A model generated the notes under the pieces. That model did no database searches and was not told the DNA's origin. It saw only the letters and a program-made list of their open reading frames with translations. Made by a program: the position numbers and the translations under genes. Of a stretch of 64,000 nucleotides of DNA, positions 35,845 through 48,930 are shown in pieces; position 1 is the first letter of the stretch; each line of letters begins with the position of its first letter. Origin of the DNA: Magallana gigas (taxonomy: Eukaryota); NCBI RefSeq assembly GCF_963853765.1, contig NC_088854.1:41912001-41976000 (forward strand). The letters are read 5' to 3'.

Positions 35845-36330
35845 ATCTTGGGATTGTCATTAATATTATAATCAGCATTGGAGCTGAGGTTGAAATCAAC
35901 ATATGATTTGGGATTGACTTTAAAATTTGAATGAGCACTGACATTGAGATTAACACTGTGACTGGGATCAGCATTGAGAGTGGGATTAACACTTCAATAT
36001 GGATAAGCATTAACATTGGGATTGACACTGGGATTTGAATGAGAATTGACATTGGGATTAACACAATGACTATGATTAGCATTGAGAGCAGGATTTACCC
36101 TACTTTATGGACCAGCATAAGCATTAGGATTGACAATAAGATTTGAATGAGAATTGACATTGAGATATAACATTATGACTTGAATCAGCATTGAAAGCAA
36201 TATTCACACTAAGATTGGGATTAACATTGAGAGTAGGATTGATATTAAGATTGGAATTAACATTGACACTATAATATATATTGACAGTGGGGTTTACACT
36301 ACATTATGAATTAGCATTGCCATTGAGACT
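35845..36330. repeat. Degenerate hexamer-based tandem array (ATTNNN) with ~108-bp higher-order repeat
   Basis: attgac/attaac/attggg/attgag periodicity. The block ...ctctcaatgctgat...gtcaattctcattcaaat...gtcaatcc (minus strand) recurs about three times. Confidence 0.7.
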
Positions 36331-36965
36331 AGAACCAAAATTTGTACTAACATCGATAATGATACAAACAATGGAAATACTAATAAAAGTATTCAGGTGG
36401 ACTGAAAGAAAAAGTGAGCATGCTCAAAAAATACTTTCTTCAAAAACAACAGGTTCTATATTTATAAGGGCCAATTTTTTTTTTTAAATTCCAAGCAAAA
36501 TAAGAGAACTGGAAATGCACATCCATCTACACATTATGTCCAAAAGGTCTACAAAGATTCATGATATTCTGTGCAGTGAATATATTCTGAATATTCTGTG
36601 CTGTGCAGTGGCGACGGGTGGGTCAAAACCATTAAACCACCAGCAACTTGTTTCATGGGGGCATATACATGTATATACATGTAACTATATAAATAACTGT
36701 CAGAGCAAAGTTTATGAAGGGAGAACTATGGTTGGATGACAACGTCAAGTTGTAACTGTCCTCTGAAATATAACGTTACACGTAATATCCATGTAATATT
36801 TTACTTAAGGAGAAATAATCCCCTGGAACTGACAGGTTATCTCGTGCCATGAAAAGAAATTTGGATGTATCTTTGAGGGCGAAGATAATTTAATTATGGA
36901 AAGGGGGGAATGTGACGGTCAGAATGGTTCGAATATTTAAGCACCTTGCGAGATGGTACTTAACT

Positions 36966-37048
36966 GATAGCTTAGGTATTTGGTTGAGCACCTGAGTCTG
37001 ACTATAGTGATTCAGGGGGGCTGGGTTCAATCTCCGGCTGGTCCGTCA
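36966..37048 (+). mobile_element. tRNA-derived SINE head
   Basis: A-box-like gatagcttaggtatttgg and B-box-like gggttcaatctcc, followed by ggctggtccgt. No complete tRNA fold. Confidence 0.55.
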
Positions 37049-38001
37049 GTAGGTCTATCTAACTTGTTTGTATGGAATGCAAAAACAACTAACACGCAAT
37101 GAAGTAATGAAGACAACCCCCATCGGCCCATGCTACCAATGTGACTACTCGTTCGAATTTCCTCTATTGTATACAAATATACCCTATTGAAGAGCATAAT
37201 TTATTCAATGTTCAATATTCTCCATGCAATTCATTTTAACTGGTATGTTTATTTGGTGAAAAGATTTCATGAATCAATTGCAATCGATGACAATATATAA
37301 TTTAATATATATCAAGGAGTAAGTCATACCTGTACTTTTGGCAAAAGAGAGTTTTACGAACAAGTTAATATTTATGAAAAAAAAAATCTACGGTGGAGTG
37401 TTCGGTGCAATCTTGTCAACAAAATGGTGATGTTTAAAAGTGTGTTTGTAGACATATTTATTACATGATTTATTAATTGTTATCTTAAACCACAGGAAAA
37501 ACCAATTCATTATATTTTAAGTGAGAATATTGTATGAATGGAGAACTAGCTGTTAGAAATAGAAACAAATATCGTTCCACGTGTAATTTTCCCGAATAAG
37601 CTTCCATATTATCTGGAAATTTCTGCAAAGGAAACGCGTGCCTGCACTTAAAAAAGGACGCTGTTGTTGTTTTATTAGAACAGCACTGTCATAATTAATT
37701 TTTGTGAGTTTTTGAGATACTGTACAGTCCAACTTTTCTTTGCAGATGCAACATTCGATGACGTCTATTGTTAAATTTTTTACCTTAATCAGTAAATGTC
37801 GAGGGCATGCACATAAGTTACTTTCAGTTTCCAGCATGCTGCACAATCACTTTTTGCGTTTTGTTTCAAACAGAGGTTTCTTATAAGGAAAGGGGGTAGG
37901 GGAATTCATCAATCAGTTCGACACACCCACCATTTAGTGGGTGATGGTCAAACGCCTGTATAAATGTAGTACCTCTGTTTTAATTAATCTACCAAATGGT
38001 C

Positions 38002-38174
38002 AATATAATTAAGAAATAAACAACGTTATTTAGTGAACATGGCGTTATGAATAGCAATTGCTCTGTTGGCATATTCCATGATGCGCGCTAGCGCATCATG
38101 GAAAATATGCCAGCACAGCAGTTGCTATTCATAACGCCATGTTCACTAAATAATCATTGTTTATTACTTATATT
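38002..38174. mobile_element. Palindromic foldback MITE
   Basis: ttatttagtgaacatggcgttatgaatagcaa...ccatgatgcgc|gctagcgcatcatgg...ttgctattcataacgccatgttcactaaataa. Confidence 0.8.
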
Positions 38175-38772
38175 TGCATCATTTTACCACTCGCAAATAC
38201 CTTGTATTAGCCTAGACCTTGACATTTAGCTATTACATCTAAAGTAAACATTCACCTTTATGACGTCATAGTATAAAGACAGAGCAATTGCAATTATAGA
38301 AAAATAATTGCAGCTCCCCCGTATTGGCTTACAGTGGGAAAGAACAATGGAAATGCAAATATTTTCAAATGACTCCTTTCTATAGAAAACACAGATGCAT
38401 ATCCAGGAATTTTCCCCAAGTGTGAGGGATAATTTGTTTACAGAGAGGGTTCAAATGCCCACTTTTGCTGACATTACTATGTGTATATAATTAAATGTGA
38501 ATAGTTGACATTATTTTTTGACAGGGGAGGGAGGGGGATGTCCTGACCGTCTTAATGACCTGCGTAGGTTCATCAATTGGACACTGTTGGAATGTATTCT
38601 GACATAACCATGTACTTTTTAACTTGGCATTCTATTTTCAAACTCCATGATCTCTTCATATTTTGCTACAGTTTTGGTCATGCAAGTTACAGCAGCCTAT
38701 GAGCCTTTTCTATTTACTTCTAATTTGAGATTTGATTTTTGATTTAATTTTTCAGTCTAACCCACAGTCAAA

Positions 38773-41700
38773 ATGAGTCAAATGATGCAACAGCTCCAGC
38801 TGTTGAAGGACTTTGTTGCTTTATGCCAGAAAGACCCTGATGTGTTACATGAGAAGGAACTCAAGTTCTTCAAAGATTGGCTTGAGAGGTAGGTGGCACC
38901 TTACCGGAGTAGAGAAGAAAGGTTTTATAACTACTCGGCACAAACCTCTTGTTTAAAAACTGTAATGACACAAAGATACAGCTAAAATTTCATTCTTGAT
39001 ACTCTTTAAGAAATATTTACCTCTTGTAGTTAGCAACATATGATAATAAAAATATTCGGTATTGTTGGTATCTAGATAAAGACTTGAAAACTGACCAATT
39101 TTTTTAATGATTTGTTCACTATAAATCTGTGTTATCTTTTCAGTATGGGTGCCACAGTCCCACCTCCCAATGAACCAGAAGAACCAAAGGTATGAGATAT
39201 AGCACATATCCTTTTGTTTTCTCTAGTAAAATTTGATTAGATAGAAATATTAAATATGGACTTGAATTGAAATAAAATTTCAGCCAACAATGTAATACAA
39301 AATTTTACATGAATTGAAGGAATGGAAGTGAGTTATCTCTCTTAGAAGAGAGTTGGTGTTCCTTTATGATGTACGTGTCTGCATACAGTCATAACATTTT
39401 TAAACTTTATCTTTTTTGGCTGATAACTATATTTTAAAAAATCAAAATAACTTGATAAATGAGAAGATATCTTTAACTTTGATATTTGTAGATCCAAATA
39501 AATTAAAAATGCTTGAATGTATTGATTCAAGAGTTACATTACATCACAATCTGCTTTTGAACTATTTGTTATTGTCAATTAATATGCATGTATGTCTATA
39601 GTCTAGAACTAATACAAGATAATATCTGAAGTTGCTTCCATTATTTCAGGAACCACAACCAGAGGAAAAAGCTGAAAAGAAACCAGAACCAAAACCAGAA
39701 CCGGAGCCAGAACCAGAGAGTGAGGAGAGTGACCTAGGTAAACAAAACAATACCAGAGGACGGATCAAAGATATTTTTGTCAATTTAAATCATATTTTCA
39801 AAACTTGTTGCTTATTAGATTCAGATAATTTAACAATTGTACAATGCAAATACCTTGCCTTTACAGAATAGATAGAAACTTTCAGTAAAAATTAAATAAA
39901 TTTACTCAGCCTTTTCTTCACCTGTCTTGAAAAGTAAAGTCAAGAACCTACTGAATGTTAACAATTTCAAAAAAAGTTATGTTTGTATTGACCTATACAA
40001 CCTTTTTTGTTATTTTTTTTTTTTTTTTGCATGGACATTTTTCATTCTATCAAGTCAGATATAGAGAAAAATTGAAGTTTTTGTTGCTTATGATTTCAGA
40101 GCTGGATAATACAGGTGTGATAGAAGACAATGACAAAGACCTGCCTGAGGACGGGGATGAGTCAAAGGAGGTCACGGAGGAGATGATGGACTCAGCTGAT
40201 GAAAAGAGGTCAGCTGCCATGGCTGCTTTCTCAGAAGGTAGGTCAGTGGGGGGGGGGGGGGGGGGTTTAGAAAACAAGTTGGTTTTTTTCTTCTATAATT
40301 TTTTTTTACACAGACCCTGAAATGCACTTCATGTACTACACCAGATATATGATTCTCACAAACGATACAGTTAACAAGATATGTTTGTTGCACAGAACGG
40401 TACACTTCTCACATGATACAATACAGTTTCAGTGAGATTTTTTGCTCTTTGCACAATACGAAAATCACGCGTTATCCACTGTAGGACATACTTGCCAACT
40501 GACCCGATTTCGTCGGGTCACACCCGATTTTTCAACCCTTCACCCGATTATTTTTTATGACCCGGCGGGTCATGCTTTTCACCCGATTTTTGTCGAGCAA
40601 CCCGAAAATCTCCCGATTTCCGGATTTGGTTCGTAAATTACGTTGCGCGTTTGACTTCCAGTTATGAACCCAAGCTGAGCTTGGATTTACGTAACGCGGA
40701 AACAATGCCGATGGCTATAACAGACACATTATGTGTAATTATTATCTTGAGTTCTTTTGACTAAGCGAAGGTTTAAATCATTAGGTGTGATGGCTTCCAA
40801 GAAGAAAAGGTCTTCATCGGGGCCAGCGGAATCAAAACCAACAAAAAGAAAACGATATTTTTGTACCTATCAACATATCTGGGAAAATGAATTCCCATAA
40901 GTAAAACAAAGTAATCGAGTACAAAACGAGGCTTTTGTGTTCTATATAACGCACATTTGAAAATTGGATTTTGTGCCCAAAATGATCTGACTAAACATTC
41001 AAAAACGCTAAGTCATGTATAGGATGCTTTTTAATACACATAACTCTTCCAAATCACTTACAACTTTCATGCCATCATTTACAGAGTTCAAAAGCAAGGT
41101 TAATGTAGCAGAAACTCTTTTTGCATTTTTTTTAGCTGAACACAACCTACCATTTTCTGTGTCAGATCACTTTACAAAATTCAAAATCAGCAACTGTTAG
41201 TTAAAATGCTTCTTTGCAATAAAGCATTATACATAAGTTTTTAACACATATTTCTATTGTATATACCTATGAAATGCATGGTAAATATGTCGTGAATGTC
41301 GTTACGCGCTATGACCAGATTTTTTACTTTCCAAATCTGGTCATGACCAGATTTTCACATGTTGGAGGTTGGCAAGTATGCTGTAGGAGTGTTCAGGGTC
41401 TGTTAATCATTTGCGTATGATTTGATTTACAAAGTAAAGTCCATTCTGTAAGACCAGAAGATTTTATCTTAAGTTAACTGTGAATTTTATTTTGTAGGTA
41501 ATTTTGACGAAGCAATGAAACTGTTCACTGAGGCCATCAAGATCAATCCCCACTCTGCTCTACTCTACGCAAAACGAGCCAGGTAGGCTTTCAGATAACC
41601 TTAATTTTGGATACTGTAGATTCCTATTTAAATGCGAAGAATTAATATGCGCATAAAATTGTGAGAAGCATATCTTGCAGTTTTCGAAATCTCGCCTTTT

Positions 41701-44700
41701 TTGGGGGGGGGGACAAATGTTACTAAATGAGGCTATGATAAGAATTTAGATTTCGCGATTTTATATTCTAGTGATTTGATGTAAAACGGATGAATTGCAA
41801 AAATAATAACTCACGTTAAACAAGGAATCAACTGTAACCATATTTATTTTTCTTTAAATACACTATAAACAATTGATTTTGAAATTATGGTAACTTAATT
41901 CTTTGTCTCCATTGTAGCATTTTTATCAAACAGAAGAAACCAAACAAAGCTATTCACGATTGTTCAAAAGCTATTCAACTCAACCCTGACTCCGCCCAAC
42001 CTTACAAGTGGAGGGGGAGAGCCCAGCAGTAAGCATATTTCTGTACTAGTTCTTCTGATGTAGCAGATTTTGAACATGCATATATTTAGAGGTTGCAAAT
42101 AGTTGTCGGTTATCATGATCAGACAGCCGCAAAACTCCACATTAACTGAAAAAGATGCAGAAAATATAAGAGCAAAAAAGGTCCTGATAGTTACATAACG
42201 TTATTGAAAATGGTTGCATTATTCTATCAAGATTCATGTAGTGAGTAGGTGATGTATGATTTAAAAATGAATAATTTTACTTTTGAACTACATGTAAGTC
42301 TATCTCTCTGTGCAGATTGCTTGGAAAGTGGGAGGAAGCTTACCATGACTTGACTATGGCATGCAAGTTAGATTTCGATGACTTGGCCAATGAATGGCTG
42401 CATGAAGTTTCTCCTAATGTGAGTGTCTGATATTTGAATGGGTTAATGTGTCTTGAAAATTGTTTTACAATTACATATAATTCATGCATGCATTTCAACT
42501 GAAAATAAATGATCGGGGGCAGCAGAATTGACTAGAAAATGTCAATATCAGTCTGTAAAATAAGTGTTGATTGAAACTGATTAAATGCAGGCGAAGAAAA
42601 TAATGGAGCATAACAGGAAATATGAAAGGAAAAGGGAAGAAAAGGAAATAAAGGCCAGGAAGGAGAGGATGAGAAAAGCAAAGGAGGAATATGAAAGAGC
42701 GAAAGCAGTAAGAACTATTCTTTATTCCCAAAGTTTTCTATGGTTTCTCTTTCATCATCTGTATTGAAAGTTTTAGTTTGTTGATATGTAATCTTACATA
42801 TTACATACCTGTCTGTCAGCAGGAGAGTACAAGCAGTGGCGGTGGGGGATTTGGAGGTTTTCCAGGAGGATTCCCAGGGGGATTCCCAGGAGGCATGGGT
42901 GGAATGCCTGGAGGCATGGGTGGTATGCCAGGGGGCATGGGTGGTATGCCAGGGGGCATGGGTGGTATGCCAGGAGGCATGGGCGGAATGCCAGGAGGCA
43001 TGGGTGGTATGCCAGGAGGCATGGGTGGAATGCCAGGAGGCATGGGCGGAATGCCAGGTGGAATGGGCGGAATGCCAGGAGGCATGGGAGGTAAATCAAC
43101 TTGGAGATTTCTTCTAGTATTAACTTGATAATCAAACTATTGAACAAACTGAGCAAAATTCAGAACACACAATGATAGCTAGTTTTAGGTTATGATAAAC
43201 TAAGATGGTTAAAACAAAGCTTTCTAAACTCTTCAGCAACTTTTAAACTTGCATTTCATAACTGAATACTGCAAATTGCCTGATAAAATGATATGTTCAT
43301 GATGTATCTTGACCATAAAGAATGCTCTTACATTTTTATCCTGTATATTTTTTGAATTTTCTATATTGTACACTTGATTATATTGATATCAACCAATATT
43401 CTCTCAACTTGAATTGAGATTAATTGGTTTGCAGTAAGCAATGTCAGTAATAATTTTTAATGTTTATTTTGCCCAAAACTCAAAATCTTTTTCTTAATAT
43501 CAACAGGAATGCCAAACTTGGGAAATATATTGAATGATCCAGAAATTGTGCAAGCTTTTGGAGTAAGCAGTCATTTTCTTTTTTCTGCTCTTTTATGGCT
43601 TTTTTTAGAATGGCAAGATCAAAATGAATTATTGCTCAAGTTAGTGCACTGTATATGGACCACAGTTTAATGTGGAAGTTATGTTAATGTGTTAAGTTAA
43701 TGTGTAAGTTATTGGTCATAAACCTAGTGTTTGATGAAACGACAGTTCATGTGCAATATACTGTTGATGTTAAACCACAGCATGTGACTGTTAATGTTAT
43801 CGGGAAACTAAGTAGGCTAAGCAAAGACCTGGTAATGTTAAACTACAGTATGTGGAGCATAGACTGTTAATTTTAGACTACAGTATGTGGAGCATAGACT
43901 GTTAATTTTAGACTACAGTATGTGGAGCATAGACTGTAATGTTAATGCTGTGGTTAGATGCTTCTACAGTATAACATCAAGTACTGTAGATTCGTATTAC
44001 CGTAAACACCTGGAATTAACATCTGTGTAAAATCGCAAAAAGCACATCTCATAGATTTTAAAATGCCACTTGTATTCTTCGGAAAGATGTAAACTAAATG
44101 AAACTGTGATAAAAATTTGGCGCTTATGATTTTATATACTTGCAATTTGATGCAAAACAGTTGAATTGCAGAATTAAATACTCGTAAAATAAGGAATATA
44201 CAGAAAAGACATTTGATGTTAATGCTGTCATATGATTGGACAGGACCCTGAGGTGGCTGCAGCATTCCAGGACATCAGCCAGAACCCTCAGAACATGATG
44301 AAGTACCAGGACAACCCCAAGGTTCAGGCCCTCATCAACAAGATGGCCACCAAGTTCGGGGGCAAACCACCGGGAGGAGAAGGGGGACCCACGGTAGGTT
44401 CATAACTCAATAACTGTAACTTTTAATGACCTCACAATGGATCGTGCTAAATATTTGTATCAATTCACAAGAGCTCACATTTTATTTTTGTATGAATTAT
44501 TGTTATTATTGAGTACATGTACTATTATTCCTTATTTCTGTACATGATGAGTAGAATTAGGGGCACCAATGGTGAGTTAAAAATCAGTCAATGTTTACAG
44601 TAACTTTGAATAAATTAATATATTTATATATATTTTTTAATTCCTTTAAAAATGGTAGACAAGAGGTTGACTAAACCCTAATATATTTAATTTTTAACAG

Positions 44701-44820
44701 TAATTATGAAATACCTTTTAAGAAAAATAATGTTGATTTGTTTAGAATGCACAGCATTTGAATAAAGTTTTAACATGTGAAATCAATACACTATATCTTT
44801 TTAAATTTTTGCAGGTTTAA
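38773..44820 (+). CDS. ST13: Hsc70-interacting protein (Hip), 12 coding exons, ~428 aa
   Basis: Exons 38773-38888, 39144-39189, 39650-39737, 40100-40237, 41498-41582, 41918-42028, 42316-42418, 42591-42707, 42820-43090 (NAGNAG, alternative start 42823), 43507-43562, 44244-44393, 44815-44820. Domains: dimerisation domain ([16 protein letters not shown]), TPRs ([21 protein letters not shown]), charged region, GGMP repeats, STI1/DP domain ([22 protein letters not shown]). Confidence 0.96.
40487..41380 (+). mobile_element. Internally deleted hAT transposon with degenerate transposase 5' remnant (ST13 intron 4)
   Basis: TIR catacttgccaac...gttggcaagtatg. Exact 8-bp TSD CTGTAGGA at 40479-40486 and 41381-41388. 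ACCCGA subterminal repeats. From 40790, MASKKKR...[13 protein letters not shown] (zinc-finger-like), then [22 protein letters not shown]. Confidence 0.88.
41612..41836. mobile_element. TA-flanked MITE (degenerate)
   Basis: tactgtagattcct ... aggaatcaactgta. Confidence 0.5.
42889..43090 (+). repeat. 21-bp coding tandem repeat encoding (GGMGGMP)x9 in ST13
   Basis: ggaggcatgggtggaatgcca-type units, with synonymous variation. Confidence 0.95.
43841..43938. repeat. 35-bp tandem repeat, 3 copies
   Basis: gactacagtatgtggagcatagactgttaatttta at 43841, 43876 and 43911. Confidence 0.92.
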
Positions 44821-45902
44821 AGTCATGGAATTATTCAGAACTCAAGATGATCGAAACATGCATTATGAACATAAGTGTGAGCTGCATTATTCTGAAATAT
44901 TTGTATTCTCATACTGACAGTGTATCATCTCTTTCTATATATGATAATATACTGGTATATAAAGTACTTGTAGTTGGTATTTTACATCAAATTTGGATCT
45001 TCATCACGATGTATGGAATTCTTGAATTGTTGTTACAGTAGATGTGTTTTTTTAAATAATAAACTGCATACATTAATAACGTTTGAAAATTCCCATAGTT
45101 GCTAGGTATTCTTACTAATTTTTTGTAATGTTTACTTTGGCACATACCACGTATAGCATAATACACAAAGTCCTTAGATGTTTTTTTGTAAACTGCCTTT
45201 ACCTACTTGAAATGTTGAACAATGCTTTTATCCTTACATTTTTTTTTTTAAATCTTGTGAGTTTTCATTTCCAATTCATTTACATTTCTAACCAACCCTT
45301 TGAGACTTTTTAAATTGTACTGATTTAACCTCGTTATGGTTGTAAATAAGCCATCATAAAGTTCAAGTGTTTATGATTTCATTTTTGATTGTTCAGTGAT
45401 ATTTTTTATTAAAAGCTTAAAATGTTTAGTATGTTAATCTTGCATACGATTCAAAGTGGAACATTTTGGTAGCTTGTATCATTTATTATTGGTATTTGAT
45501 GGTTGATTTGTTTTCAATAAAGATATATTACCAAATCAAACTACAGATTATTTGCTTTAACATTGTGATGAAAATTACATTGGGGCAATTGTACCCATAC
45601 ATGTACATGTAGTATGTTTGTTGTGTATATGAGGATTGTGCAATGCAAGCTTGCTCATTCATATGACTATCAATTGATTCAAACCATTTAATTTTAAGTA
45701 CAAACTACACATAATTATACTTGACATGGATGAATCCCAAACTTTGAATTTATAGGAGTGGGTGTAGTGATTTGTAATACTAGTGTATTTTGATATCAAA
45801 ATAATACAGATTACTTATAGTTATATCATTACCACTATTGCATATTTTACAGTGTACACAGGAATGTGGATTTCATTGATAAAACATAGTAATGATAATG
45901 GG

Positions 45903-47680
45903 TTTTTTTATACCCCCTGCAAACAAAGTTTGGGAGGATTTATATGAATCACCTTGTCCATTGGTTGATGCAGTTGTGTACAGTTCATATCTTTATTATG
46001 GAGTTACACTTTACACAAAGATTGTATATAACCTGATGGTGTTTCAAGATTTTGACCCAAGATCATTTAAGCAAGTTCATGGTCACACGGAAGTAAAAGT
46101 GCATTATTTGTGTCTGGCTTATACCTGTCTTATGGAGAAACATTAGAAATTTCCACTTCACACAAACATAAGGATGTGCCATGGTTTTGAACCAAGGTCA
46201 TTCACGCAAGTTCAAGGTCGATGGAAGTAAAAGTGCATAATTCTTGTCTGCTCTATACCTTTCTTATGGGAACCCACTGTAAGTTTCTACTTCACACAAA
46301 GATTGCTTATGGCCTGATGGCGTGCCATGACCAGGCATGGGGTAATCGTAATTGAGTAATCGTAATCGATTGTAATGATTATTCTTTTTCAAGTAATCGA
46401 CAGTAATCTGTAATCGAAGAGATTTTTGATTACTTGTAATCGTAATTTAATCGATTACAGCTAAAGAGTTCAGTGTAATTATAATTACTTTTTCGATTAC
46501 TTTCAATTACTCTTGACATAATCATATTGCAACGTGATGCACTTATTGTATGAAAAAATACTCTTCAAGTGTTGTTTATTTTACAATTCATAGAATAAAA
46601 TTGTTTATATTCATTTTTTTTATGATTTTCCACTTTCACTTAAAATATAAATATTGGTTCACATGTCATTGAGTATATAATCAGTTTACCGGTACTCCGT
46701 GTTTCACAATTCTTTGCAGAATGTTTTAATTATTTAACATAGAGATTTTGTGTCTATTTTGCCAGAGAAAAAAGCAAAAGGGTAAATGTCACTAAGTGTG
46801 TTTGTCCTTGTCAGGTAATGAATCCACAAAGCAGTTAATGAGGTGTGACCACTCTAATCATGTTTAGATAACAATTAAAATACTCCCAACAAGGATCTAT
46901 TTTAAAAATCAAAACAATTACAAGCTCTAAACACAATTCATTCAAATTATGAAGCAAGGCTGCCTAAAAGTTCTTTGCATATTTCCAATGATATTTTTAA
47001 AAATTATGAAATTTCAATCAAATTCCAATTCTCGAGATATAACCAATAACAACTGATTAATTAAATATGATGGCAAAAGGTGCAAGGTCAAGATTTCATC
47101 TAAACTCGTTAACCTCCAAGAAAAAAAAACTTGTTTACATGACAGAGCTTTATATATTTGCTTATAATTTGACATTTGAATAAGTAGTAGAAGTTTGAAG
47201 ATTGAAATAGGAAGTTTCAAATTTTCATATCATTCATAATGAAAATACCCCTTTAACTCTAAAACCAAATTCTCTAAGAGTTTTTATATGATATGTTCAG
47301 AACAGGTACCATGCACATTCTAATGAAATTATTTCTAAAGTATTCGATTATTAATCGATTACATGTTATAAAGTAATTGATTACAATCGATTACTGGACA
47401 AAAATGAGTGTAATCGATTAATAATCGATTACACAAAATTCCCCTATGTAATCGATTATTAATCGATTACATTTTTGAGTAATCGTGCCCATGCCTGGCC
47501 ATGACCTTGTTTAAGGTCATTTGAGCCAGTGCAAGAATACTAAAAAATGCATAATTCTTGTCTAGGCCATATATTGTAATGAAAAATGATTAGAACCTAA
47601 AACTTTACACAAAGATTTTCTGTGGCCTGAAAGTATGTCCTGACCTTGAGCTTTGATCATTTGAGCAAGTTCAAGGTCAC
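45903..47680 (+). mobile_element. HINE-like element with ~150-bp internal repeats, interrupted by a hAT insertion
   Basis: 5' ttttttataccccctgcaaacaaagtttgggagg. Recurring blocks (ttgacc...aaggtcat...agcaagttcaaggtc, cttcacacaaa) lie on both sides of the insertion. The 3' end is approximate. Confidence 0.55.
46332..47497. mobile_element. Non-autonomous hAT element (1166 bp) with (TAATCGAT)-rich subterminal arrays
   Basis: TIR CAGGCATGGG...CCCATGCCTG. Exact 8-bp TSD GCCATGAC at 46324-46331 and 47498-47505. Confidence 0.88.
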
Positions 47681-48288
47681 TGGAAGACAAATGGTGTATT
47701 TATTACTTTCCAATAGAGATCGAAATATTTGAATAATTGTTTTCTACAATTTTTCACTTTATATTATTATATTTGTGACACATTTAATCTTCAAGTGAAA
47801 TTATATATTTCAAAGTGATTAATAATAATAAAACATTTCAAAATCATAGCGATCAATTCAATTTATCTATTCATGGAAATTCTCAAGGTTGTAAAAAGTA
47901 TTAGCTTTAAATTTGTGTTGTAAAACTGTATAAAATAAAAGGTTCAGATCACTAAAATTCTGGATTGTTTGTTTGTTCAATTTTCAAATTTGCCACAAAT
48001 ACATATATAGGAACCGTTGTCAAACTGGTAAAGTCCGTTTTTCTTCATGCTCAAAACTCATCACTGTTGATAACCATGTCTGTATTTCTTTCTAAAACTG
48101 CATCATTAAAATTGACCAAGACTAGTAAATTCTTTATTAGGCTTTTAATGAAAAAAATCTCATTTACAACCCCACAACTTTTGTTAATTATATTTATCAA
48201 GGTGCGTCGATAGTAATACATGTACCAAGATCGCATGATGTAAACTGTAATGCACTTGCAAATTGGATTGGGGGATCCCCTCTCAATT

Positions 48289-48930
48289 CGCGAAAATTCC
48301 AACTTTTTATTAAAGTCTTATTGTGAAATTAAAAATATGCATCAGACCATCGCGAAAATTCCAACTTTTTATTAAAGTCTTATTGTGAAATTTAAGATAT
48401 GCATCAGACCAACTCTTGCAAACAAATATATCCCTGTGACCCCCCTAAAAAATTTATAGGATCCATGCACGCAATGTAAAAGGAATACTACTTGCAGAAG
48501 AAAGTTAAAAAGGAGTGAAGTCATAAAAATTAATCTCTGTTGCTACATAAATGAGGGGACCCCTTTATGAGGAATATATCGTGTAAAGATACTTTCTTAA
48601 TATTTCATAGCCAATTTGTTTCTTGCGTTTCTTTTCGCGAAAATTCCAACTTTTTATTAAAGTCATATTGTGAAATTTAAGATATGCATCAGACCAATTC
48701 TTGCAAACAAATATATCCCTCTGACCCCCCTAAAAAATGAATAGGATCCATTCACGCAATGTAGAAAGGAATACTACATTTTGTTCTTACAGAAGAAAGT
48801 TAAAAAAGGAGTGAAGGCTTAAAAATTAATCTCTGTTGCTACATCAATGAGGGGACCCCTTAATGAGGAATATATCGTGTAACGATACTTTCTTAATATT
48901 TCATAGCCAATTTGTTTCTTGCGTTTATTT
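48289..48930. repeat. Local tandem duplications (62-bp doublet plus ~285-bp doublet)
   Basis: tcgcgaaaattccaactttttattaaagtc starts at ~48289, ~48351 and ~48635. Block 48351-48634 repeats from 48635 with a short insertion. Confidence 0.85.

Noticed and set aside
36966-37048. Possible tRNA gene
   Set aside because: A and B boxes are present but there is no acceptor or anticodon stem, so it was called a SINE head. The same applies to 1664-1731 and ~4150-4200.
42794-43156. Antisense and alternative-frame ORFs (PPGIPPM and CLLAFHP repeats)
   Set aside because: By-products of the stop-free 21-bp ST13 coding repeat.
43841-43938. 35-bp direct repeats of CRISPR-like length
   Set aside because: The copies are head-to-tail with no unique spacers, lie in a eukaryotic intron, and have no cas genes nearby.
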